A stretch of DNA of 64,000 nucleotides from Gracilinanus agilis (taxonomy: Eukaryota), in assembly GCF_016433145.1 (NCBI RefSeq), contig NC_058130.1:496394966-496458965 (forward strand), given 5' to 3'. The translations under genes were made by a program, and so were the position numbers. The notes under the pieces were generated by a model. The model saw nothing but the letters and a program-made list of their open reading frames with translations, did not search any database and was not told where the DNA came from. Shown here piece by piece: positions 24,680-35,975 of this stretch. Each line of letters begins with the position of its first letter. Position 1 is the stretch's first letter.

Positions 24680-27030
24680 AAATTAGAGTTAATGGGTATC
24701 TGGAGAAAACTGAACAGGGATAAAAAAGATAAATGCCTTCTTCTCAGCAATACATGGTACATATACAAAGATTGATCAAGTACCAGGGCATAGAAATGTT
24801 GCAAGCAAATGCAGAAAAGTGAAAATAATAAATGTCACTTTTTCAGATCATGATGCAGTAAGAATTATAATTAACATGGGTCCATGGAAATGCAAATTTA
24901 AAATTAATTGGAAACAAAATAAAACTGGTGGGTCAGAGAAGAAATTGTAGAAAAAAATTATAGACTTCATTAAAAAGAATGGGAATGAGGAGACATCATA
25001 TCAAAACCTATGGGATACAACCAAAGCATTACACAGGGGAAAATTTATATCACTGAGTGCTTATACCAACAAAATAGAGAGGGAAGAGATCAATGAATTA
25101 GGCTTGCAACCTTAAAAATTAGAAAAAGAACAAATTAACCCCCCCCCAGATAAAAACTAAATTGGAAATCCGAAAAAATAAAAGGAGAAATTAATAAAAT
25201 TAAAAGTAAAAAACTATTGAACTAATAAATAAGACTAGGACCTGGTACTTTGAAAAAACAAATAAAATAGATGAAGTACTGGTCAATCTAATAAAAAGGA
25301 AAGAAGAAAATAGTATCAAAGATGAAAAGCATAATCAATGACAATCCTACCCAAATTAATCTACTTATTCAGTGCCATACCTATTAAACTACCAAATAAA
25401 TTTTTTATAGAATTAGAAAAAATTATAACAAAGTTCATCTGGTAGGATAAAAGATGAATGATATCAAGGGAAATAATGAAAAAAAATGTGAAGGATGGGG
25501 TCCTCACAGTACCAGATCTTAGACTGTATTATAAAGCAGTGGTCATTAAAACAAATATGATACTGGCTAAGAGATAGAAGGGTGGATCAATGGAATAGAC
25601 TAGGAGTAAATGACCTCAGCAAGCTAGTGTTTGATAAACCCAAAGACCCCAGCTTTTGGGACAAGAACTCACTATTTGACAAAAAGTGCTTGGAAATTGA
25701 AAAATAGTATGGGAAAAATTAGGTTTAGATCAATATCTTAAACCCTATACTAAGATAAATTGAAAATGGGTAAATGATTTAAATATAGAGTGAAATCATA
25801 AATAAATTAGGTGAACATAGAATAGTATACCTGCCAGATCTGGGGGAAAGGAAGGAATCTAAGACCAAGCAAGAGATAGAGAACATTGCAAAATGTAAAA
25901 TGAATGACTTTGATTATATCAGATTAAAAAGGAGTTGTACAAACAAAACCAATGCAAATCAAAACCAAAACTAGAAGGAAAGCAACAAACTAGAAGAACA
26001 TTTTTATAACAAAACTCTCTGACAAATGTTAATTTCCCAAATATATAAGGAAGTAAGTCAAATTTACAAAAGTCAAGCCATTCCCCAATTGACAGATGGT
26101 CAAGGGACATGAATAAGCAGTTTTCATATGATGAAATCAAAACTATCAATAAGCACATGAAAAAGTGTTCTAAATCTTTTATAATTAGAGAAATGCAAAT
26201 TAAAACAACTCTGAGGTACTACCTCACACCTAGCAGACTTGCCAATATTGTAGCAAAGGAAAGTGATTGATTTTTGAGGGGATGTTGCAAAATTGGGACA
26301 CTAATACACTGCTGGTGGAGTTGTGAATTGGTCCAACCATTCTGGAGAATAATTTGGAACTATGGGCAAAGGGCTTTAAAAAAATGCCAACCCTTTGACC
26401 CAGCCATACAACTTTTGGGTTTGTATCCCAAAGAGATAATAAGAAAAAATTCTTGTACAAAAATATTTATAGCTGTGCTCTTTGTAGTGTCAAAAAATTG
26501 GAAAATGAGGAGGTATCCATCGATTGGGGAATGGCTGAATAAATTGTGGTATCTGATGGTGATTGAATATTATTATGCTGAAAGGAAGAATGAAGTGGAA
26601 GAATTCCATGTGAACTGGGACGACCTTCAAGAATTGATGCAGAGGGAAAGGAGCAGAACCAGGAGAACATTGTGTACAGAGACTAATACACTGTGGCACA
26701 ATCAATAGTCCTTTCTACTAGCAGCAATGCAATGACTCAAAACAATCCAGAGGAACTTATGAGAAAGAATGCTATCCAAATCCAGAGAAAGAACTATGGG
26801 AGCAGAAATAGAGAAGAAAAACATATGATCAATCACATAGTTTGATATGGATATATTTAGGGTTTTGATGTTAAAAGATCACTTTATTGCAACTATGAAT
26901 AACATCGAAATAGGTTTTGAACAATGATATGTATATAACCTGGTGGAATTGCTTGTCAGCTCTGGGAAGGGAGAGTGAAGAGTGGGGCAGAAATCATGAA
27001 TCATGTATCCATGGGAAAATATTCTAAAGA
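24680..27030 (+). mobile_element. L1 ORF2-to-3' end with internal deletion of the RT core
   Basis: Endonuclease motif (FSAIHGTYTKID) at about 24740; jump at about 25330 to [15 protein letters not shown]; ORF 26274..26708 is the ORF2 C-terminal Cys-rich region. Confidence 0.9.
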
Positions 27031-27074
27031 AAAAAAGGAAAAAGAGGGAAAAGAGTATCAGCATCATAGAGGTC

Positions 27075-27475
27075 CCGTGGTAGGACAAAAGTCAGAAAAC
27101 TGGTGATGGCCCAGGATTCAGTGGATGATCTTGACATCTTCTGTGTAACCAAGCTCTAAGTGCTTCATAGCACCTGCTTCAGCTGCCTTTAGGGTCTTTG
27201 AGACAAATTATTCTCATGTGCTCATTAATATATTTGGGATAGATATCTCCCTAACTCACTAAAGGGTTTGAGATCTATCAGTTACCCTTAATCTGGTTTG
27301 GCCCATCTGCTCTGATTGTTTCATTGGAGTGTGACCACTGTACATACTACACCTTCTTGGAGCTACAAGTAAGAGCTGGGTGACAGGTAGACACCAAAGG
27401 TATATGAACAGCCCTAACTGAAAAGAACAAGCCCTTCCTTACATGGGGGGGCTAGTCCCCTTAGAACACCCCATA
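27075..27475 (-). mobile_element. 5' region of a marsupial RTE or RTE-derived element
   Basis: Minus strand begins tatggggtgttc and continues ...ctccaagaag...gggccaaaccag, matching a recalled marsupial RTE 5' consensus. Confidence 0.6.
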
Positions 27476-28501
27476 AACTCTAATTGTTTAGGCATCAAGA
27501 GAGCAAAGGAATTATTTTATCGCATCCACAAAGTATTAAATGAGACAGAGGAAGTCCTCTTGTATATGTGATTGATCATCTATGGGGATTTTATGGTAAG
27601 ACTAGAACAGGTATTATGTAGAATTAGAAGGTATGAGTGGTTTGACACTGCACCAATGGAAGAGTAAAGCATGTCAATTCAGTTGCAGATACTTTGGAAT
27701 AGAAGATAGTTTAATTCAGTTTAGTATTTAGTTTTTAGTATTTAAACAATTTAGTTCCATTGAGAGAAGGTGCCTGTACCTAAGTATATGTAATTCTTTA
27801 AATCTTGTTCTATAACCTATATTTTTGTTATACACACACATATATATATGTATATATAATATTCCAGTTCTTTCTGGGAAAGGGACAATATGAATACTCC
27901 TCCCTACACATTCAGAGGATACTCTCTCTTTGTCTGTGGTAGCTTTCAGATTTAAAGGACAAAGCCTCCACGGGGGAATAAACTAGTCTCCATAGGATTA
28001 GTCTGCACATTTAGCTCTATTACTTCTCTTTTCCCTATAGAAAACCAAAGATAGAGTCAACTGAGTCTGTAAGAATTTCAAACTGGTTGCTTCAATAGGA
28101 TTTAAGCCAAAGCCACCATCTGGGTTTCTGGATTTTTTGCTTTTTGACCAGATATGTTAAATAAACACAACTTGAATAGGTGAGTTGTTTTTAACAAAAA
28201 TTACAGACCTATATAGCCAAATTATCACAAACTTGTTGACAGTGCTAGGAAAATATTGTTTACCAGGCAGTCGCTACATCTTTTGCTTCCAAGTTATAAT
28301 ATATCCTCAGATCTGCAAAAATTTGATCTCAGGTTTTTTGGTTTTTGTTTTCTCAAGCTTTATGTACAATGAAATATTCTAGATATCATGCCTCAATGTA
28401 CTAGGTACACCACTTCTATCTAATAGCATGATTTACCCATAGCAGCCAAATGATTGCTGGAACATCTAGCACAATCATGGAAATTTGAGGATTCTTGGTA
28501 G

Positions 28502-28638
28502 NNNNNNNNNNNNNNNNNNNNNNNNNNNNNNNNNNNNNNNNNNNNNNNNNNNNNNNNNNNNNNNNNNNNNNNNNNNNNNNNNNNNNNNNNNNNNNNNNNN
28601 NNNNNNNNNNNNNNNNNNNNNNNNNNNNNNNNNNNNNN
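28502..28638. other. Assembly gap (137 N)
   Basis: Run of N. Confidence 1.
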
Positions 28639-30249
28639 TGAAGACTTGGTCAGGTACTTTGTTTACTGTGTAAAAGTGCATGGAAAAAAATGTTTGACTC
28701 GATGTCAAGTTATTGCAAAAGCAATGACATTGTTTTTCCAATGAGGAAAAAGCAAGATGTCTTTGAAATTCCAGCAGCTCCAGAAATGGAAATGAGGCTG
28801 ACCAAATTTAAATTCTGCTCAAGGCATAAAAAATGAGAATGGATGCCATTTTGACATACGTGTGTTTCTGTGTGTTTGCCAGATCTTTTTCTTCTTGCCA
28901 GTTGCTGGGGGAGGAAAAACCCTGAAATGTCATCCAGTTCTAACAGAGGACAAGTTACCCTAAACTTTGTCTGTAGTTTTTTTTGCGTGTTTTTTTTTAA
29001 ACAGGAGGAAAATTCCTTCGAATTATAGGCTGGTAAGGGAGAAAACCAAAACCAGGAACATAGTTGGAGTGATTTTCTCTTTAGCAAAGAAGCAGACATT
29101 CCTGTCATTGGCATCCCTCTGCCAGGCCATTTTAATGCACAACTTTGCCACCACTGTAACACCTCTATGATGTCAGCCTAATAACAACCAGCAGACAAGG
29201 GATAACATCTTGTCATAGAACCTAATGGATGAAACAGATTTTGCTTCTGTTGGCTCTTCAGAATGATTTGACCTCATATGTTTAGCATTACGAAAAACTC
29301 AGGAAACCACCTCTTGGCCAAAGTGGCAGCTCCTTGCTGATTCCCATTCGGAAATGTACAGAGAGTCTTCATAAAATGATGAGGTCACTTTCTAAGGGAA
29401 TTTTACTAGCTGTGGGCTGCTGACCCTATACCACCTGTCCTGCAGTTAGACACTGGCAGAGCTGCCAGGGGCATAAATGCCATTCCCCTTAGCTGCCATT
29501 AAAGCAGAGGGATTAAAGTCCCAAAGAAATATTCCTAGGAGCAATGTGGCTAATGCCTAAAACCCACCTTTAAAATGAGTTGCCATCTAGCCTTGAATGG
29601 CCCAAAGCCAGGGTTAATTGGACCTTTCAAATCAGTCCTTTGTCAAAGGAGCACATACAGCCCTATTGGGATTTAATGGACTCTCCTACTGAGGGTTCCA
29701 AAGTACAGCCAGTCTAGAGTAAAGAGCCAGCAATCCTGATGAGTGTCATATAAACAACCTTCTCATTGAACTGAACCCTTACCTATTTCATGATTAACAA
29801 GTGTGAGTCTGAAGAGTTTTGACCTGAACCAAAGAAATGTTTACATTCAGAACTGCTCTAAAAAAATACACTGTGGATTCAGTAGAACTGGCAACACCTA
29901 GACTTTCCATCTAAAATGCACAGGAAATCTTGGGACCATCTTTCACTAACTGAGGATCTAGAAAGAATGCAGGTCATGGATGGACTGTGACCAAGAGACA
30001 CTTAAATGGATGTCTGGGGAGACCCAGGTGGCTCCTCTTCAGCAAAAGTTCCTGGCAGGACTAAAAGTAGTTAATAGTATAAGGTATGCTCCAGCATTAA
30101 TAAAAATAAAACGCTGGCAGGTGCCATCTTAAATAAATCCCTGAAAGCTCAGGCCTTGTTGTAGGATAGACTGACGGTCTCTGACAACTAACTTTTAATT
30201 GTTTAGAGACTCAGATCTCCATTCAGTTTATCGTCCTTTACCTTCCTTA

Positions 30250-30577
30250 ATACATAGATAGATAGAAACAGAGATACATTAATAAATAATGGATAGATGG
30301 ATAGATAAATACATAAATATATAAATGGATACATAGTAGATACATTGATACAGATACATACATAGATACAGAGATATATAGATAATACATAGACACACAG
30401 ATATATAGACACATAGACAGACAGATACCTAGACAGAAAACTAGAGAAATAGAGAGATGGAGAGATAAATAAATACCTAGATACATAGATAGACATACAT
30501 AAATATGTAGATACATAGATAATACATAGATACATAGATGGATAGAAAAATAGAGAGATAAATATATAGATACATAG
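30250..30577. repeat. TAGA/TACA-rich degenerate tandem repeat, left part
   Basis: Repeated atacatagat / gatagaaaaatagagagataaata units. Confidence 0.9.
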
Positions 30578-31464
30578 TGTTATGTTGATAATAACAGATA
30601 TTTTGGGGAATCAGATAATTATGCCAGGGCCAGTAACCTTCAAGTCACTTCTTCACACAGACACTGACTGACAGGCTTCAGTGAGAAAGGAGGGGGTTAG
30701 ACACTCCTGGCTCTCAAACTCCTCCCCCCAAGCAGTTGAGGTTTCAGTTGGAAAATGGAGACGATCTGAGGTACTTCTGGCAAGGTCTGTTGAGGCTGAA
30801 CTCTAATGATGTTCCCCTTTTCTTTAACTTATATTCCTCACAGGTCTGATAGAGGAATAAGTAGAAGCTAGTTATCTAAGTGTTGAGGTCTGAGATGGAT
30901 CTGATCTTCATAAAACTGGCAGCTGAGATGATTCAAGCTAGGATGGCAACTATGAGCTATGAATATCCCCAAATAATTCCCAGGCACAGATATTGAAGGT
31001 AAAGCTTATATTAAGAAGAAAAGTGAAAAGCTAGAGGGGGTAATTAGATTTAGGATGAGGGAGAAGGTTACCCTGATCTGTTAGGCTGAAGCTGCCCTTC
31101 CCCCCCCCCCACAGGAGGGGGTAAAGGCACTTTGCTAAACTGGCTCTCTTGTTATAATGAATATATCTAATCTCTAAATCATTAAATAATTGTTGTATTG
31201 ATGTTGGTAAGGACTAACCCTATTAAACAGGCTAATTCCTGAGTAAAAACCATGATAGCTTTTGCCACAATGGCCACTCAGGTGAATCCCCCAAGTCAGG
31301 TGTAGTAAGCAGTATGTCTCCTCACCTCAACCCCCAGAAAGCAACTGCCTAACCCTTCTCAACTGTCCCCTCACCCAAAGTTCTCCAGAGGGGGTCCCCT
31401 GTAATTCTGGGTGAGGCTGACCCTGTATTTTGCAGGGATTCCATGCTGCCATCTCTACATTACA
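30578..31464 (-). mobile_element. Solo ERV LTR, about 0.89 kb
   Basis: TG...CA termini; abrupt rise in sequence complexity inside a tandem repeat; no internal ERV genes nearby. Confidence 0.7.
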
Positions 31465-31690
31465 TAGACAATACATAGACACATAGATGGATAGAAAAAT
31501 AGAGAGATAAATACATAGATACATAGATAATACATAAACACATAGATGGATAGAAAAATAGATAGAGAGATAAATACATAGATATATAGATACATAAATA
31601 TATAGATACATAGATAATAGACAGATAGAAGTGTACAAATATATATGCATGTATATATGCATACACATATGAGTAATATATATCCTAAAT
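31465..31690. repeat. TAGA/TACA-rich degenerate tandem repeat, right part
   Basis: Same units as 30250-30577. Confidence 0.9.
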
Positions 31691-31939
31691 GTATAACTTG
31701 GGCCAAGTATTGGAGTTTCATCCATAAAATGAGGAGGCAGGACTTGAGAGACAGAAAGGTATATTGAATAAAGAGCCAGCCATGTCAGGAAGACCTGAGT
31801 TTAAGTCTGAGCTCTGAAACATAATGGCTGTGAGACATATAAGGGATAAGTAGTACAGTGCAAGGAAAACACAATTCTTATAGTCATATAGTCATAGCAC
31901 ATGATTCTGAATCCTGGATCTGCTCTTTTAAACTTGTGT

Positions 31940-32165
31940 GACTCAGTCGATGGAGCACCAGGCCTGGAGTCAGAAGGGCTTGAGTTCAAATCTGGTCTAA
32001 GACACTAGCTGTGTGACCCTGAGCAAGTCACTTATCCCTGACTGCTTCAATTTCTTCATCTGTGAAATGAGCTGGAAAAGGAAATGGCAAACAACTCTAG
32101 CATCTGTCAAGAAAACCCCAAATACGGTCACAAACAGTCAAACATGATTGAAACAACTCAACAAC
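31940..32165 (+). mobile_element. MAR1-like SINE
   Basis: gagctggaaaaggaaatggcaaacaactctagcatctgtcaagaaaacccca. Confidence 0.82.
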
Positions 32166-32214
32166 AAGAAGTCTCTTAGCCTTTCTCGGCTTCAAGTCAT
32201 CAACTGTAAATCAG

Positions 32215-32335
32215 TGGGTTGACTTCCTACCTGTGTGACCCTTGCTTGTCAAGTCATTTAACCCCAATTTACCTAGCCCTCGCCACTTTTCTGTCTTAAA
32301 ATTAATACTGACAAAAGGTAAGGGTTTAAAAAAAT
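32215..32335 (+). mobile_element. 5'-truncated SINE1_Mdo-like element
   Basis: gtgtgacc...aagtcatttaaccccaatttacctagccctcgccactttt, then A tail. Confidence 0.7.
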
Positions 32336-33489
32336 CAATCAGAAAATTGGGCTAGGATTTCTAAGGTCCCTTTCTGCTCTGCATCTATGATTCTTCCTAC
32401 TAACCTTTGCCTATATTACTGAAAATTATTTCTTTCATTTAAAAAATTTTTCTCTTCATTTCCAAATTCACTCCCTCCCTTTTGTCTACTGAGAAGGCAA
32501 GAAATCTAATACGCATTGAAAAATGAAGTCATGCAAAACATATTACTGAAAATTAACACATTTTCCATTAGCTGTACAGGGGAAAATAGAGAATAGACTT
32601 TAAATCAGACGGTTTTGCTATTTGATGGAATAAAATATTATTGGTCAAAGTGAGGTTTGGGAATAATCCTGGACTTCTATTTCTGCATTCACTTTTTGCT
32701 TTCCATTTCTACAGGTCACCAAGAGTTAGCTAATTGAAAAATCTATAAAGTCATAGAGTTTTACTTGCTTTCAATAAAGAAATCAAAGACATTTGAAACC
32801 CTAATGACAAAAAAGGTGGGGGGAAAGCCAAGCCAATCTGTACCTTCCTTCCTTGAAAGAAACACAATGATATGAAAACGCCATATATCATCACTGATTT
32901 CTAGGAATCAGAGAGAAAATACACAAAAAAGTTGAATGTGCAGATGAATAAAGGGAAGTGGTAACTGACATTTTGAGCTAGAGAATATGACAATCAGCAG
33001 TTGGTTTCCCAGCCAAATCCTCTTACAGACCTGAAATGCTAAAAGCTTCACAGAGGAAACAAATGCCCTGTTCTGAGGAGCAGAGTCTTCAGGGACAGAT
33101 CTGTTAACCATCAATGGGCATGTTTCATCTCACCGCACATTTCAGGCAAGTTAAAGAGAGCTTTTGTGTACCTGCCCACAGACAGAAGCTGGAAACCTTC
33201 AGCACAGGAAACTCTGGTCTTGCCCTCAGGCCCTGAAACAGATAACATATATATACAGTAAGTGTATATGGAGAGACACTCAGCAGTCTTCAAAAGCTTC
33301 CCTTCAGGCTGGTTCTCTGTAATTCATACTCACTGAAGAGAAGAGGGGGGAAAAGTCAACTTCAGGCCAGAAAGGAAGTAGGAGAAATTTTTTTGTTGTC
33401 GTTTTTTTAAGCAGATTATTTAGCATTTACTTTTCCTGTTCAATAAAGCCAGAAAAAACTCAGTTCTGTCTGGCTCTTTGTTACCCAAT

Positions 33490-33660
33490 TTGAGTTTTTC
33501 CTGGCAATGATACTGGAGTGGTTTGCCATTTCCTTCTCCAACTCGTTTTACAGTTGAGAAAACTGAGGCAGACATGGTTAAGTGACTTGTCCTGAGTTAA
33601 CTAGTGTCTGAGTCCAGATTCAAACTCAGGTCTTCCTAACTGCACCAACCACCTAGCTGC
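33490..33660 (-). mobile_element. MAR1-like SINE
   Basis: gatactggagtggtttgccatttccttctcca. Confidence 0.8.
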
Positions 33661-34792
33661 CTGCAGAAAGACTCTAAATGCTTTCAAAAGAGTATTGGCT
33701 TTAGCTTAAAGGCAGGTCTGCCTTTAGAAGACATCTTTAAATAAAAATGACAAGGAAGTTGATTTATTCCATAACTAACTTACACGTTGTATTTTAGAGT
33801 CATTCTAAAGGAAAACAACATGGTTGTAATGGAAAGAATACTGACTCCAGAAGTACAAGTCCTGGGTTCAAATTCTACCTTTGATATTTATTGCCTCACT
33901 TAACCTCCCTGGGTCTGTTTCCTCTTTTTTAAGAGAACGGGTTTGGACTGAATGACCTGAGAGTTCTCTTCCAGACCTAAATCCATGATCCTAAAAAATA
34001 TCAAAAATCATTTTAGATCAGTGTTATCACCAGAGAGAAGCTGGAGGAAGTTGTTCTAGTATCACATAAGGCACTGTGGCCCCAAAAATTAGTATTTTAA
34101 TTCCTATGCTGAGGGGGAAATGCTACTCAAATTGAAAAGGTATAGCAATCTCCAGAAAAAAATAGAAACAAGTGAGACATAGATATATACACACACATCC
34201 ACATATTGAACAAATGATGCATTCATTCTTTAGTGCCAGGAGGGGAGGGAGGAGGGAGATACCTGGGTGGGAACTTTAATGGAAAAAATAAACAAGTTAA
34301 TTAAAAAGAAAGTTTAAAGAAAGGGTCTAGCTAAGGGCCAGCTGAATGATTCTGAGTTTGCTGACCATGAGCCAAAAATGGACTCTTGACCACCATAGCA
34401 AGTCAAGACCAGTAAATAGCCTTCTGAGTAAAATGACTTACATCCTTTCCTGACAAATTTCCACATAAAGTAGAAGAGATTCTACCTGAATATGGATTTC
34501 TGAACATATAAGAGTTAACACCTAGTGCTACCACTGTAGCCTCTGTAGACTCAATGTCAGTCAAAAGTTGATTCTCTCCCAGACGGTGGCAAAAAAAAAA
34601 AAAAAGGGATGGCTTGAAATCCTTAAAGCTTGCTAACTCTCAGAATGGAATTCAAGAAGCAGCAATGACCAGAGCTAACAAAATTGGAATCAGTTTTACA
34701 TCTCAGTGAGGAACGAGGGTTGCTAGCACCATAACAAATGTGGGGAATTGGTCTCATATTTTCAAACACTATGCTGGTTACTAACTCTGAAT

Positions 34793-34797
<5 letters not shown>

Positions 34798-34828
<31 letters not shown>

Positions 34829-34843
34829 AGAGAGAAAGAGAGA
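34798..34843. repeat. (TG)n-(GA)n microsatellite
   Basis: Read directly. Confidence 0.95.
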
Positions 34844-35729
34844 GAACTTTTTAATTTCTCTAAGAAACCAATATATCATGGGAGATGGGGGAGGAAAAAC
34901 AATGTCACAGGAAAGAAAAAAGAAGGGTCTTTAAGGGATGCATACCACAAAGCCAACCCAAATGAGTTTAATTTGCTGTGGCTGTATGACAATACTGAGA
35001 AGGTGCAGTCAATCACAGAGTCCTTTTTGATTGTTTCTGACTCGGTAATCTGAGTAGATTTTCTCCATAATGGTGCCTTTTTTCACACAGCAGGCACTTT
35101 TGAATCCCTCCTGTAAATCAGGGGTGTCTACAGGGATTTGTTTGGCTTTTTCCCTCCTTGTTTCTCCCTCTCCTGCTCCCTCTTTCTGGTTATTTGTGAA
35201 AATCAAATGGTCCTGCTAATTCTTTTCTGTGAAATAGAGTTTGGTTGTCAGGCCCCAAAAGTGGCACGTTAATGATTCTTGACAACTTGCTCATTGAAAC
35301 TCAATCTCTAAGAATATTCGCCTTACATCCTGCTTTTTCTTTTGCAGGCGGAATACATTACTTTTTAAATGTTCTTCTTGAGCTCTGGCCTTGTATAAGG
35401 GAACAAACCTGATCATTCAAATTCGAGTTTGCCATTTGTCTTATGCCTCTATTCACAGTGGCTTAGTCAGATGTATTCTATGTCCACAAATGCACTGAGA
35501 ACAAATCAAATGCTAATTGATTTGTCTGAACCTTACATAAAATCATTCTCACCAACATCTTTAGTATAATAGTAGAATATTATTTAACTTGTTACCAGTG
35601 TGGATTTGTCTTATGATGGTCCAATGAGAAACCAGATTACAGTAGGCTTAATTCTATCCTCTCCTCTCAGGCAAAAATTCATTATGACCATATTGAGATT
35701 TTTGACTTGGAATCATCCAAGGGAAGGGA

Positions 35730-35975
35730 ATAAAGATTTATATAGCACTTACTATGTGCCAGACATTATGCCAAGCACTTTACAAATATTATCTTATTTG
35801 ATCCTCACAACAACTCTGGGAGGCATGTACTCTTTTCATCCCCACTTTGCAGTTAAGGAAACTGGGGCAAATAGAAATTAAATGACTTCACCAGGATCAC
35901 ACAGCTAGGAAGTATCTGAGACTAGATTTGAAATCAAGTCTTCCTGACTCTAGGCCTAGCACACTATCCACCGAA
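35730..35975 (-). mobile_element. Near full-length MIR
   Basis: ttatatagcacttactatgtgccagac...gatcctcacaacaactctggg...cacacagctagg. Confidence 0.85.

Noticed and set aside
26274-26708. 144-aa ORF with a Cys/His motif
   Set aside because: It is the L1 ORF2 C-terminus, not a host gene.
28710-29162. Longest ORF in the track (150 aa, minus)
   Set aside because: Starts at a non-ATG codon, has no recognisable domain or flanking splice structure, and runs through poly-A-like tracts.
30203-31725. Cluster of Y/L/S/I-rich ORFs
   Set aside because: Artefacts of the TAGA/TACA tandem repeat, which lacks stops on the minus strand.
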